A stretch of 64,000 nt of DNA from the NCBI GenBank assembly GCA_038087875.1, contig CM075977.1, positions 362,638,001-362,702,000 of the forward strand, in the 5' to 3' direction. The translations under genes and the position numbers were made by a program. Every line of letters starts with the position of its first letter. The first letter of the stretch is position 1. A model generated the notes under the pieces. The model was not told the origin of the DNA and did no database searches. It saw nothing but the letters and a program-made list of their open reading frames with translations. Positions 11,076 through 23,500 of the stretch are shown piece after piece. This DNA is from Malacoraja senta. Lineage: Eukaryota.

Positions 11076-12019
11076 AGTATGTTTATATGCTCTGGTGAGA
11101 ACCTTCTGATGTTGACTATTAATGCAATACTATTAGTTACAAATAATAATTTATACATGATTCTCTTTTAACCTCAATTATTCTATCATATGAAATTAAA
11201 TAAATATTTTGTTAACTGGCATTAAAGAGGCTTTGAGATAGACATGGATAAGAAAGAGAATTGAGGGATATAGTTCCTGTAGATTAGTTTCTCTTAGCAT
11301 CATGTTTGCCACAAATATTGCTGGCCTGTTCCAATGCTGTACTGTTCTTTGTCTTAAGACAGAATGTTTTGATGAGTGGCCTTCACTAGTCCACGATTCT
11401 AAATTTTATATATGTAATTAATTGTGTCCCACTAGGGTAATGGCACAAGTGGTATGAAAATATAATTCACATTTTTTTAATATCAACCCACAAAGTAAAG
11501 ATTAAACTAGTAGGTGAACTACCACAAAAAAAGTTGTTTAAAAAAAAATCATAGTTTCAAATATTTATCTGAGGACACTACAATCCATGAATGGAAAATT
11601 AGCTTTTCATTGGTCACAAAGCTTGTTTAGCAAATACACCATAAAAATAAGCGTAGAGTCATAGAGTGATACAGTGTGGAAATAGGGCCTTCTGCCAAAC
11701 TTGCCCACACTGGCCAACATGTCCCTGCTACATCCTCGTAAATCTTCTCTGAACCCTTTCAAGCTTGATAATATATTTCCTATTACATGGTGCCCAGAAC
11801 TAAACACAATATTCTAAATGCAGTGTCACCAATGTCTTATACAACTGCAACATGACCTCCCAACTTCTATACTCTAAGCTTACTTGACCTTCTGTTATAA
11901 AGTGTGAAAGTTTCCATGGACATTGCAGCAAACATACCCTGGAAATACCTGAAGGTCCTTGTAGGCAGGTGGGAAAAAAAGGGATGGCCAATGGAGATTG
12001 TAAAGAATTACCAGTTTCA

Positions 12020-12130
12020 GAGATCCAGCTTTGATCCTGACTACAGGTGCTGTCTGTATGGAATTTGTACGTTTTTCCTGTGACCGCGTAGGTTTACTCA
12101 AAGATCTTTGGTTTCCTCCTACACTCTAAA
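12020..12130 (+). mobile_element. HE1/V-SINE 5' part; target of ERV-B (3' part at 26316-26482)
   Basis: ...GGTTTCCTCCTACACTCTAAA|provirus|TAAGGACGTACAGGTTTGTAGG rebuilds the SINE seen intact at 42260-42300; (AAACT)n tail at 26460-26482. Confidence 0.88.
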
Positions 12131-12854
12131 TGTTAATATTGGCTAAATCCCTGCACTTGTCAGAATTGCTTAACCTTTGTCAGCTGAACTTTACCAGCTT
12201 TGATTGGCACCAGCCAGTCTAGGCTTGGTATGCAGGATGGTGAGGGGTCCAGGTGTTCTCCCCGTTTCTCTTAAATTGATAACATGTATAGCAGTTTTGC
12301 AAACGAGCCTTAAATGCATCATTTCGATTGGATCGCTGCAATAGCATTGTAAATAGTATAAATAATGTTGCAAGACAGCCATCCTGTTAATTGATGATTG
12401 GTCAAACATTTGAGCCTTGGAGAAACTGTTTGACTCTCAGGGCACGTTTCGATGTTTGTTCTTCTTTGCTTCCTTCTAGTGCTTTCTTTCTTATACAATG
12501 TATTAGCCACTGTATTATTGGGTTAGGGAAATGTCTGTAATTGGATTGTGAAGAGACCACCCCCATGTGGTTTGGCCCCTCGAGGTCTCTGGACCTACAA
12601 AAGTCTGCTGCCACGAGGTCCTGCGTCGATCTTCTGAGAGAGCGCTTGGGACTGCGTGACCTTCTGGAGTGTCTCTGAGCGAGACCTAGAGGGCTTGATC
12701 AGGCAGATACGAGGATCGAACCCTAGGTGGTTAGGTACAGTATTTGGAACTGTAATTGTGTTTTGTTAAAATAATGTTTAGATGTGTACGTGCTTGACTC
12801 AGTGATTTTTGACTGAGAGTAGACGGGGGGGAAACTTAGAACGAGCAATTTACA
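12131..12854 (+). promoter_or_regulatory. 5' LTR of ERV-B
   Basis: TGTTAATA...AATTTACA; homologous to 25686-26315; TATA box mutated to TACAAAA (12596). Confidence 0.95.
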
Positions 12855-12855
12855 T

Positions 12856-12873
12856 TGGGGGCTCGTCCGGGAT
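12856..12873 (+). promoter_or_regulatory. Primer-binding site, tRNA-Pro
   Basis: TGGGGGCTCGTCCGGGAT, the 18-nt tRNA-Pro PBS as in MLV, one nt after the LTR end. Confidence 0.97.
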
Positions 12874-14712
12874 CTCAACAGACCGTCAAACACAAGTTTG
12901 CGATCACAGGGGTTGAGCTGTTTCGATTGCGAGTGCAGAAATCGGAACCAATGTGCGGTTTTCGCATTGGTTTTCGGCACCGTTAGTCAGAGCGGATCGA
13001 TCATTCGCGGCCTTGGGAAAGGGTCTAATTGAGATCATTAGATCTGAGTCTAGCAAGCACGGGAGGGTGGTTAGCACTCCTTTGAGTTTGGAACCCATAA
13101 AACAGGGCATAGAGTGGCCCAAAATTTGGTCATAGTTGGCAGACTGCAGCAGCTTTAAAAAGAGCCTGACGCGCTTCATTTGGCGAGGGGTGGCCCAAGG
13201 TTAGATTTGGTATCCAATTGGAGGGGTATTGAAACACCTGTCTGACCTACGTATTTATCTTTCTTTGCCGTGAGCGCAGATTGGAAAATTGCGCTCTGAA
13301 AATCAACATCGAGAACTGCCAGAGCGAAGAGGCAAGGCGCTGAACCCTCAGTGCCCAGCAGAGAGGGGTGTCTCCGTGAAGATACCTGAGCCCCCCACTG
13401 AAGTGACAGACGAGGAATCTCATAAAGGTACTGGGCTCGGTGATCAGGGTATAGATTGGCTGGGAATACTCTAGTCCATTCGAGAATTTAATTGGGCAAT
13501 TTTAGTTTAATTAGCGAGCCCGCATATGTGGAGTGGTACGCACCAAAACTGGGAGTTCGAGAACGAGTCTAGATTTGCCGAATTAAATGTCCAAATACAG
13601 AATTTCACATTGAAGTTCTGCCCGTAAGGTAGAATTCGAATTCTTGTAGATAGAACTTCAGAGTTGGTGCATGTCCGTGATCGATTCCGAATAGCGGGTG
13701 AGCAACAGTGAATAGTACCCCTCTGATCGATTGTTGATTAGTACCTGATAGCGAAGAGTACCTGAGAGACGGGAACCGGTTTACTTGGTGAAAAATAATC
13801 CGAATGCGAAGGGTACCCCTAATTCTGTAGAACTTATAGAGGAGTGATAGAGGTCCCCCTATAGAAGTCCAGTCTTAGCGTGAGGATAGTAACATTCCGG
13901 AGGAAAAGTAGTCATTTAAGGAGTAGTACCCCTCAGCAAAGAGTAACCAAGGAAGGGGAAAATCTTCGGTATCGGAGGGAGAGGTTCACTGATTGATAAC
14001 AGTGTGACGCGGCATTGAGATCGAGTGTTTGTATACTGTGTGCTTGTGCTTTAAATCATTTTTGTAAATTGTAAAAATCTAGCTTTTTGTATTGTTATCG
14101 GATCCGAATTATGTAAATATTCTGTGTATGTAAATAAATTTAGAGTGTATTAAGATTTAGAAGTTAAGATTTGGAGTGTGTTAAGTTGGCGGACTGCTAT
14201 TTGTGTTGCTGCTTGTGTGAGTGTTTACGGATTTAGATACTTGAAGTAAAAGTGTGCTTGAGTTAAATATTTGTAATTGCTTACATTGTAGTATTGTGAG
14301 AATCTGAGTCATGGTATTTCGATCAGGGATTGTACTCTTTCGATCGCTGTGTTGAGGGAGGAGTCGTACCGCTGACCGATCGTGCCATGAGGAGGATTTA
14401 TTAGAGTGTGATTTACAGTCGTATTAAGTGGATCTTTGAGATTTATGCAGGAGTGTGGTTAGGTATACTTCTAATAAGTGGAATAATTTATTTTCTGTGT
14501 TCAATTTTGCTCACGTGTTTGGAGTTCATTTGCATGTGTTAGATTAAGGTGGGGGATAGGAAACGGGCTGCGAGAACATGTGTGATTGTGATTGGTTGTT
14601 TCATTGAGCATTTTGATTTGAATATTGTTTAAAACGACTGGTAATTTTGAAATTAGAAAGGGAAAAATTAAGAGGTGTGAGTAGCTTTAGAGTTGCTTCC
14701 ATATCCAATAGA

Positions 14713-16651
14713 ATGGGGAACCACGCAAATAAAGATATGACCGCTGACTCGGAAAGTCCTTTACAAGAAATATGCAGTGAATTTCCCCAAAAAGCTGATC
14801 GATTGAGAATTCTTTCCGGATCATTAAATAGAGAATTGGGGAGGGAATTATGGCCCCAAGTGGGCATAGATACAGTAAAGGGTTTGAAATACAGTGAGCA
14901 GATTATATGGCAATGCAGCGATAATACAGAGGAACTAATTGAATTGTGGAGAAATTATTATGAGGAACAGAAAGCGAGTAGAGCGGAGGAAAGAATGGCA
15001 AGATGGAGGAAGCAACTCTAAAGCGGGGGATAAAATTAGAAGATACAGAAGCATTTGAACCTCCAGGTAGCCTAAGAGGAGAGCCTGAGAGTATTAAAGA
15101 TAATGGGAGAAGGATATCTTTCACAGAAAGACTATCATCCATAAGTTTCAAGCGCAAGGATCCGATGGTTGGCACTGGTTACGAGGGGGATGACGATGAT
15201 TATTTGGAAGACTGGGAGTGCGTTAAAACTAGAATTTCACGTCCACCACCTTATTCATCTTACGATACCAATACCTTAGATGCACATCGAAAAGCTCGTA
15301 ATGGGAATAGACAATCAAATTCTAGGGCACAAACTTCCTTAACCCCGACCGCTCCGCCCATTACAGACCGTCCACGGTACCAGAAATCAGACTAGAAAAA
15401 TAACTAAATTAGTTAAGGAGAAAGAAGAGCATACCCCTAGACAAACTGAACGAGCAGTTAAGGAAGGAAAGAAATCATTTAGAAAGTACCGTGAACCCCT
15501 TGGTGAATGGGAAGATACATCTGGGGGTGAGATAACAATTGAAGAAGCTGACGTAGATCCTGAAGCTAAACAGACAACTCTTAGATCGTTCCCTGTAAGG
15601 GAAATGCCTAATCCTTCTTTTGATCCAACTAATGCAGTGAGTGCAAATAATCCCCGTACAATTAGAGTCTATTCCCCATGGAAGCCTAATGAGATGATGG
15701 CTATTTTAAGTCAAATACCCAATCGTAGAAAATCACCCGCTTCTTTTGTGGATCACTTAAGAACTACAATGCACATTTATCACACCAATTCCCAGGATTT
15801 ATTGGGCGGTGATCCAACAAATAATTACCCCAACTGAGCATAGCAGATTCCTAAAAAATTTAGGACATCCGTCGCATGAAGCTCTTGCAAATATAATAGC
15901 GGACAATGGTGCAAGGGAGGAAGCTGTTTTAACAGCCCTTGCCAACACGCTTCATAAACCAATCTAATATTAGATGTAAGACCATAAAGGGGAGAAGGAG
16001 CGGATGAGTTTTTAGAGCGATTCTCTGAATTATATATGGACCAATCGGGTGACTTAAATTACAGAAATGGAGTAAATTCCCCTCAATATTGTGCCATCTT
16101 ACTGAATTGCCTCCCCACCAACGTAGCAGAAGCCATTAAGACTAATAACATGGACTGGACAGAAAATAGTGCCAGTCAAATGGCTAGGGCTATAAGATAT
16201 CATTGGAAGGACATAAAGAAGCAGGATAGCCTGCCTGCAGTAAAACCAAAATGAATAAGTGATCAGAAAAGAAGTATTGAAATTCGACTCTGAATCATGG
16301 ATCCCTAGAGTACCAGCAAACTATAGACTGGGAGAAGTTAGAGTCCAGGAATATCCAGACTGATATTATAGAGAAGCATCTGCCCTAGAGCCAGCCCTCC
16401 AAAGACCAGGGTTGAGGACAGGCCTGCCATCAGGAGTAAGCCAGTTATAGTTGTGGAGGTGTAGGTCACTGGAGTAGGGGGTGCCCAAATAAACAAAAGG
16501 AACAACAGAGGGGGTCACAGAAAAAATCTCCAAGATCAAAGAGAATGAAGGGATCAACGTGATCCTAGAGAGCACAGAGGGAACTGGCAGGAAAATCAGG
16601 AGCCAAGGGGACAAATCTCATTTTCTCAGAGTAACCCATTCACAACCTTGA
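14713..16651 (+). pseudogene. gag: ERV-B gag (multiple frameshifts and stops)
   Basis: MG start; PPPY at 15243-15254; PTAPP at 15345-15359; CA-like VYSPWKPNEMMAILSQIP; one Cys-His box (S)YSCGGVGHWSRGC at 16443-16484. Confidence 0.9.
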
Positions 16652-19600
16652 TTAGCGAACCTGGTAGTGACTGGATGCAAGTCTGATGAGGAACCTATGT
16701 TGTCTCTACAGGTTGAAGGTAAAATCTGCACCTTCCTAGTGGACACAGGTGCATCCATGTCATCTCTTCAATCAATTTATAATTTACCAGACACAAGAGA
16801 AGTTCAAAACAAGTTTGCTAGTATCCCATCTCTGAGCCAGTCGAAGTAGTATATGGAGGAAAGGCAAACAAACGTAGATTTGTGATAACCAGTGGATTAG
16901 ATTGCAACCTGATGGCGAGAGATTTACTCTGTGCTTTCCAACTAAAAATACAGTGTGGCGATAAAGGTATAGTAGTTATCCCATGGGCCCCTACATGACA
17001 ATGTTACTCCATAGTGACCACTCAATGGTTGTCCTTAAATCTGGACGAAGAACCCGCACTTGACATTACACTGGCTTACGATAGGAGTGGAAAGGACAGT
17101 GAGCTGGAAACCTTCTTTAAATCATACGAAGGACATGAATGGGGAAATAGAAGTATTGGCACTAGTGGAAGGAAAAGAGGGAGCTGCCGAGTATGCTAAA
17201 ATACCAACACAGTTTATGGATAAGAACTGATGAAGTTGCTCTTCACATCACCCGAAAGGTGAATTTCCCGGCTAGAGCTAAAGACCTAGGAAGGATGGTA
17301 AGAAAGGCAATTACTTTGGCAGACCCAAATAATGACCAAAAGCAGAATTAGTCTAATCAATATGTTGTTGAATTTTACCAGGCCCCATTGAAAGTTGTTA
17401 CTCACTTACGTCATCATCTGGGGAGTGAGGTATACGAGTATGTGGACCCTCAAGTATGGGCGCAGGACACAGCTCAAGTAGGATGCGTGAACATCAATCC
17501 CATCCGTGTAGCTCTCCAGAAAAGGGAAACACTTCCTTCAATCCAACATTATCCATTGAAACTATAGGCCATCAGTAGCATTGACAAATTAATTTGATGT
17601 TTGCTAGAATAAGGAATATTGGTGAAGTGCCAATCAATCTGTAACACCCCTATTCTTGCCGTTCCAAAACCAGGAAAGGTGGGCCAATATAGACTTGTAC
17701 AATACTTAAGGGAAATCAATTCTGTTGTAGGACCACTTCATGTCCTAGTGCCAAACCCTGCCCATATCCTAGCCCAAATACGGGCTGAAGCCAAAGTCTT
17801 TTCGACATACGACTTGCAACATGCATTCTTTTCTCTTCCCCTTCATGAAGACAGCCAATATTTGTTTGCCTTCAATTATAGGTTGCCTCAAGGATTTGTC
17901 AATTTGCCTACTTTATTTTCCAGGTGTCTGCAGGATCAGCTAAGTATTTTATAGTTTAAAATGAATTCAACATTAGTGCAGTATGTTGATGACCTATAAG
18001 TGGCCAGCAAAGATGAATCCAGTAATCGGAAAGACACTGCACAACTACTAAATCATTTAGCTGATCTAGGATATGTAGTCTCACCATCAAAAGTACAGGT
18101 AGCTCAGGAGAAAATAAAATTTCTAGGAATTATAATTTTGGCCACCGAAGAATTGAGAAGAGCAGACTCGAACCTATCTGCGAATTTCAAATCCCAAAAG
18201 AAGCCAACATGATGCAATGTCTGTGCATGCTTAATTATTGCAGACCCTGGATTCCAAATATAGCTTTAGAAACCAAGGAGCTAACACCTTATACCAACAA
18301 GGATGGCAAATTTAAATTAACAAAGGCGGCACAGCAGGCATTTAAGAACTTAAAAAGTATGTTGATGCAAGCTCCGGCATTGGGAAGGCCATTACACGAT
18401 TGTCCTTTCCAGCTCTATTGTACAAATTTATCTGATTGTGGCACTTCGGTACTATCGCAAAAGCATGGGGATAGACATAGACCAGTTGCATATTACTCTT
18501 CCAAATTGGATCCAGTAGCTAGGGGACATCCCCTTTGCACTCAAATCTTAACTGCAATCTACAATAGTTTACAATCAGCTGCTAATTTGACACTCCAGCA
18601 GGAAATTGTAGTGTACAGTTCACATTCGGTATCGGCATTGTTGGGGCAGCTTCAAACCCAGCACTTGATAATGGCCCGCCAAAATAAGTATGAGATCTAT
18701 TTGTTGAACAATTCAAAATTACAGTTCAAACATTGTACATTGATTAACCCATCCTCTTTACGTATTTCATCCCCAGAAGAGCAATCAGAAGCAGGACATG
18801 ACTTTCTATTTGTTATAGAGGAAGAAACATGTGAGGGAGGTTTTGAGGGATGTACCCATGGAAGACTCTGACATCACATTATATGTGGATGGTAGTGCAT
18901 CCAATGGGTGAGAGTTTGTCTGGGTATGCAATTATTAATCAAAAGACGGAGATTGTAGAAACAGCTGCTTTTGAATCACCCTATTAAGCACAACAAGCTG
19001 AATTATTCGCTTTAATTCAGGCTTGTAGTATTGGGGAAGATCTAAAAGTAAATATTTACACTGATTCTCGATATGCATTTGGGGTGATGCATGATTTTGA
19101 ACAATTATTGGAAAATAGGGGATTCCTAACCTCTGCAGGAACCCAAAGATCACACAAACAAATTTATTGAAGGCCTTAATGATACCCAGACAAATCTCTA
19201 TAATAAAATGTACTGCCCATACTAAAGGACAGAGCCCAGTAGACATTGGAAATCGTAATGCCGATTTAGTAGCTAAGAAAGTATCATGGGAATGTAAGGT
19301 GGTGGTGCCTAGAATGATGAAGCAGACTAAAAGTATAACTAACAATTCTCTCTTGGAAAAACTGATGCCAACCATCCAAGAAATTGTTTGATTTCAAGAA
19401 GAGGCTACTGAAGTAGATAAGGAGAGATGGAGACAACTGGGATGTGTACTGGATTGCGTGACTGGGCTGTGGGCTACTCCAGCAGGGCAAACTTGCATGA
19501 CAGACTCATTGGCCGTATGGCTTATCGAGTGTATGCATTATGCAACCCATTGTGGTGCAAGGGCAGTATGGGACACTCTATTAGCTACTTGGTGGCATGC

Positions 19601-20512
19601 AAAATTACAATCCTTTGTTCAAAAGGTAAGCAATAATTGTCTAGTCTGCCAGTAATACAATCCAGGGAAAGGAATAGAATGTGAAGGAGGGAAAACACCG
19701 TTACCTATGGGTCCTTTTGAGACATTGCAAATGGACTATATTGAATTAGAAAGATGCCAAGGATATAAATACGTTCTTGTCATAGTCGATGTATTCAGCC
19801 GGTGGATCGAAACATACCCAACCCTTGACAATATAGTGACTACTGTTGTCAAGGTGCTAATGAGATTAATATGTCCCTAGATTCGGCATTCCCATTTGAC
19901 TTAGCTCAGATAACAGTCCACACTTTATTGGACAAATCAATAAAGAATTTTGTGAACAGCTGGGGATTCAGCAGCAATTACACTGTGCTTATCGACCACA
20001 GGCTGCTGGACTTGTAGAAAGGGCAAACCAGACCCTTAAAACTAAATTAGCCAAATTAAAGGCGGGGACTGGACTTGGATGGATTAAATTACTCCCAACA
20101 GCCCTATTTCAGATGAGAGTCACGCAGGAAAATCTAGATTAAGCCCAGCTGAAATTATTTATGGTAGACCCTTAAAAAACCCTCGGAACCAGAATGCAAT
20201 GAAACTAGTTAATTTCCACCATATGACTGCAGAGATGACCGACTATATCTTAGCATTAACAAGAGCTTTAAGGCATTTACATTGTAGAGTGAGAGCAGCC
20301 TATCAGGATATGCCTCATTATTAATTCCCATTAAAGTAAAACCTGGAGACTATGTCTGAGTGAAGAATTGAGTAAGGAAAGGTTCAGAAGTCCGTTGGGA
20401 AGGACCATACCAAGTTCTTTTAATAACTCCGACAGCAGTAAAAGTAGAGGGAAGAAATGCCTAGGTGCATCTCTATCTTTGTAAAAGCATTAGTGAAGGT
20501 ATCAGTAGTTAA
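16652..20512 (+). pseudogene. pol: ERV-B pro-pol: protease, 2H-like insert, RT, RNase H, integrase (disrupted)
   Basis: FLVDTGA; NTPILAVPKP, DLQHAFFS, LPQGF, QYVDD (about 17980); YVDGS; HYATH..CLVC; QMDYIEL, SSDNS, GLVERAN; WEGPYQVLL. Confidence 0.95.
17014..17340 (+). other. 2H phosphoesterase (CNPase/LigT-like) domain remnant between PR and RT
   Basis: L(D)ITLAY at 17059-17079, EGKEGAAEY, then LHITRKV..AKDLGRMVRKA at 17241-17310; reconstruction needs two frameshifts. Confidence 0.7.
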
Positions 20513-20552
20513 CTTGTTTTCTCCCAGGTTTTCTTAAGAATTCTCCACTCTA

Positions 20553-23500
20553 CCAGAAGAATTTACTTGTTTATTAGATTATAATATTAAAACCAATTGT
20601 AAGAACTTATCCTATTAACAACTTAATAAGTTATGCATGTTAGATTAGAATACTAACAAAAACAAAAATAAAAAATAACGAACTAACATACTAATATGAA
20701 TTTTTAATAAATTGAAACCTTATCTATAAGTGGGAGGAGGGGATGAGAAACGAGCACCTGGCTTAGGCCCAGGGGCACGTCCCGTTAACCCCTTCAACCA
20801 ACAGTTGATTCTTATTGAAGTCAAAAGTATCGGTTTAATAAATAGTAGTTAAAATTGCGATATATATATGATATGTTATAATGAAATATATAGGGTAAAA
20901 TTGTATTTATATATCTGAATGTGAGGCCACGTTTTAATATTTTAATATGTTATGATTAACCAAGAGAGCGGAGCTATTTGTTTAACAACACAATGGAAGT
21001 CAAAACAAGGTTTTTTCCCACCTACAGGTGGGACACTCGCTACAGTGCCGACTATATCAGACACTGTATTTTCACTTTTTTCGTTTTTTTTTTATTACCA
21101 CATAAAATCACATGTTTGTGTTTTGTGTTTAGTGATGAGCGTAAAATGGATATACCAACAAAACTTAAAAATTCAAAAGTTCCCCCAATACCCAAAGACC
21201 TGGGATATGGATGCACCACAAGATTTAAAGGTACTATAATTATACAAAATGCATGACACCAAACAAAAGAACCTAGGAGGAATCTCATTTTGTAGTTGGA
21301 ATATAAGAGGTATTAACAAACCTATTAAAAGGGGTAAGATTCTAACTCAGCTGAAACTGTACAACTCCGACATTATCTTCTTACAAGAAACACACTTAAA
21401 ATCTCAGGATCAAGTTAGGTTGAGGGCGAAACGGATAGGTCAAACATACCATTCTTCATTCACTTCGAAATCTAGAGGCACATCAATCATTATAAGAAAA
21501 GGTATACCATTTAAAGCAAAGAATATCATAACAGATATAGAAGGGAGATACTTAATAGTTAATGGAGAAATCCATGATACTCCACTTACCTTGGTAAATA
21601 TATATGCCCCTAACTTTGACAACCCCCACTTTTTCAATAAAATTTTCAACATAATTGCAGAGTTTAACTATCAAAATGTTATAATAGGAGGAGACTTTAA
21701 CTGTGTTTTAGATCCGTACTTAGATAAATCAAGCCAAAAACAGAGGGGGAATATGAAATCGAAAACCGGGGAACTTCTCAATAAACAATACTAATATAGC
21801 AGATGTTTGGAGAATTGTTAATCCAACTGGCAGGGAATACTCGTTTTATTCAATGGTACATAAGACACTCACGTATAGACTACTTCCTGCTGGATACAAA
21901 ATTAATCCCTCAAACATCAAACCCAACATACCACACAAATTCGATTTCAGACCATTCTCCACTAACTTTCTTTTTAAAACTGGAAGGAATGTTTAAGAAT
22001 AAATCGTTTTGGAGATTTAATTCTCAAATTCTAAAAGATCCACAAGCGAGTATATATTTAAAAGAACAAATGGTGGCCTTTTTTCAAATAAATGATACTC
22101 CAGATATATCGTCTACTGTATTATGGGAATCTTTTAAAGCATACATTAGGGGTATTATAATTTCATATCAAGCTTTTCAAAATAAAAAGAATAAGAATGA
22201 ACAAAGACAGTTAGAAGAACTTATTAGACAAATGGATATAGATAATGCTAAAGATCCATCAATAGATAAACATAATAAAATAATAATTTTGAAATTTAAA
22301 TTAAATAAATTATTAGCTGCCAAACTTATAAGACTTTTTCAAATTAGAAAACAAGAGCACTTTGAATTTGGGGATAAACCGCATAAACTTTTGGCCCGCC
22401 AGCTAAAAAAACGAGAAAAGGAACATACTATACCAAAGATTAAATCAGATAAAGGGGAATTATTAACAACACCGAAGGATATTAATAAAAGATTTGCGCA
22501 ATTTTATGAGAATTTGTATACATCTAAAACGACAATTGATTCCAATAATATCACAACGTTTTGGATAATTGTAATCTTCCAAAGTTAGAGCTGAAGGAAC
22601 AAGAGGAATTGGGTGCACAAATTTCAATTAAGGAATTAGAAGATACAATAAACTCATTAAAGAATGGAAAAACACCAGGCCCTGATGGATTTACTAATGA
22701 ATTTTATAAAATCTTTTATGATAAAATAATACCAAGATTACAAAAAATGTACCAATATGCTTTTAAAAAACAAATACTTCCTGATACATTAGCGGAATCA
22801 ACGATTACACTAATACCTAAGAAAGACAAAGATATAGAAGAACCGGGTTCATATAGAGCTATAGCATTGTTAAACACAGATCAAAAAATATTAGCGAAAA
22901 CATTAGCTAGAAGATTAATAAATACATTAGTAAATTAATTAACCCAGATCAGACGGGGTTTATCCCTAAGCTATACTCATCCAATAATATGAGACATTTA
23001 CTCAACATAATGCACTCACACAAATCTGAAGATCAAGAATTATCAATTATTTCGCTGGAAAAAGCATTTGATCAAGTAGAATGGAATTATATGGATAAAG
23101 TATTACAAAAATTCCAACTGGGAGAGAATTTTATTCTATGGATCAAGTTACTATATAATAAACCTACAGCTAGAATACTAACTAATAACATATTATCCTC
23201 GAAATTCCATCTATCAAGGGGAAATAGACAAGAATGCTCATTATCACCACAGCTGTTTGCTCTCATTATTGAACCGCTAGCAGAAAATATTAGAATACAC
23301 CCTGATATCCATGGATATAATACTAAAGACTCATATAATAAAATATCTTTATACACGGATGATATATTACTGTACATTACAAAACCTCAAATCACTATAC
23401 CAATTATATTAAATTTAATTGAAGACTTTGGATCTTTTTCTGGATATAGAATAAATTGGAATAAAAGTGAAATTATGTCAATAAAACCGAAAGATTCAAC

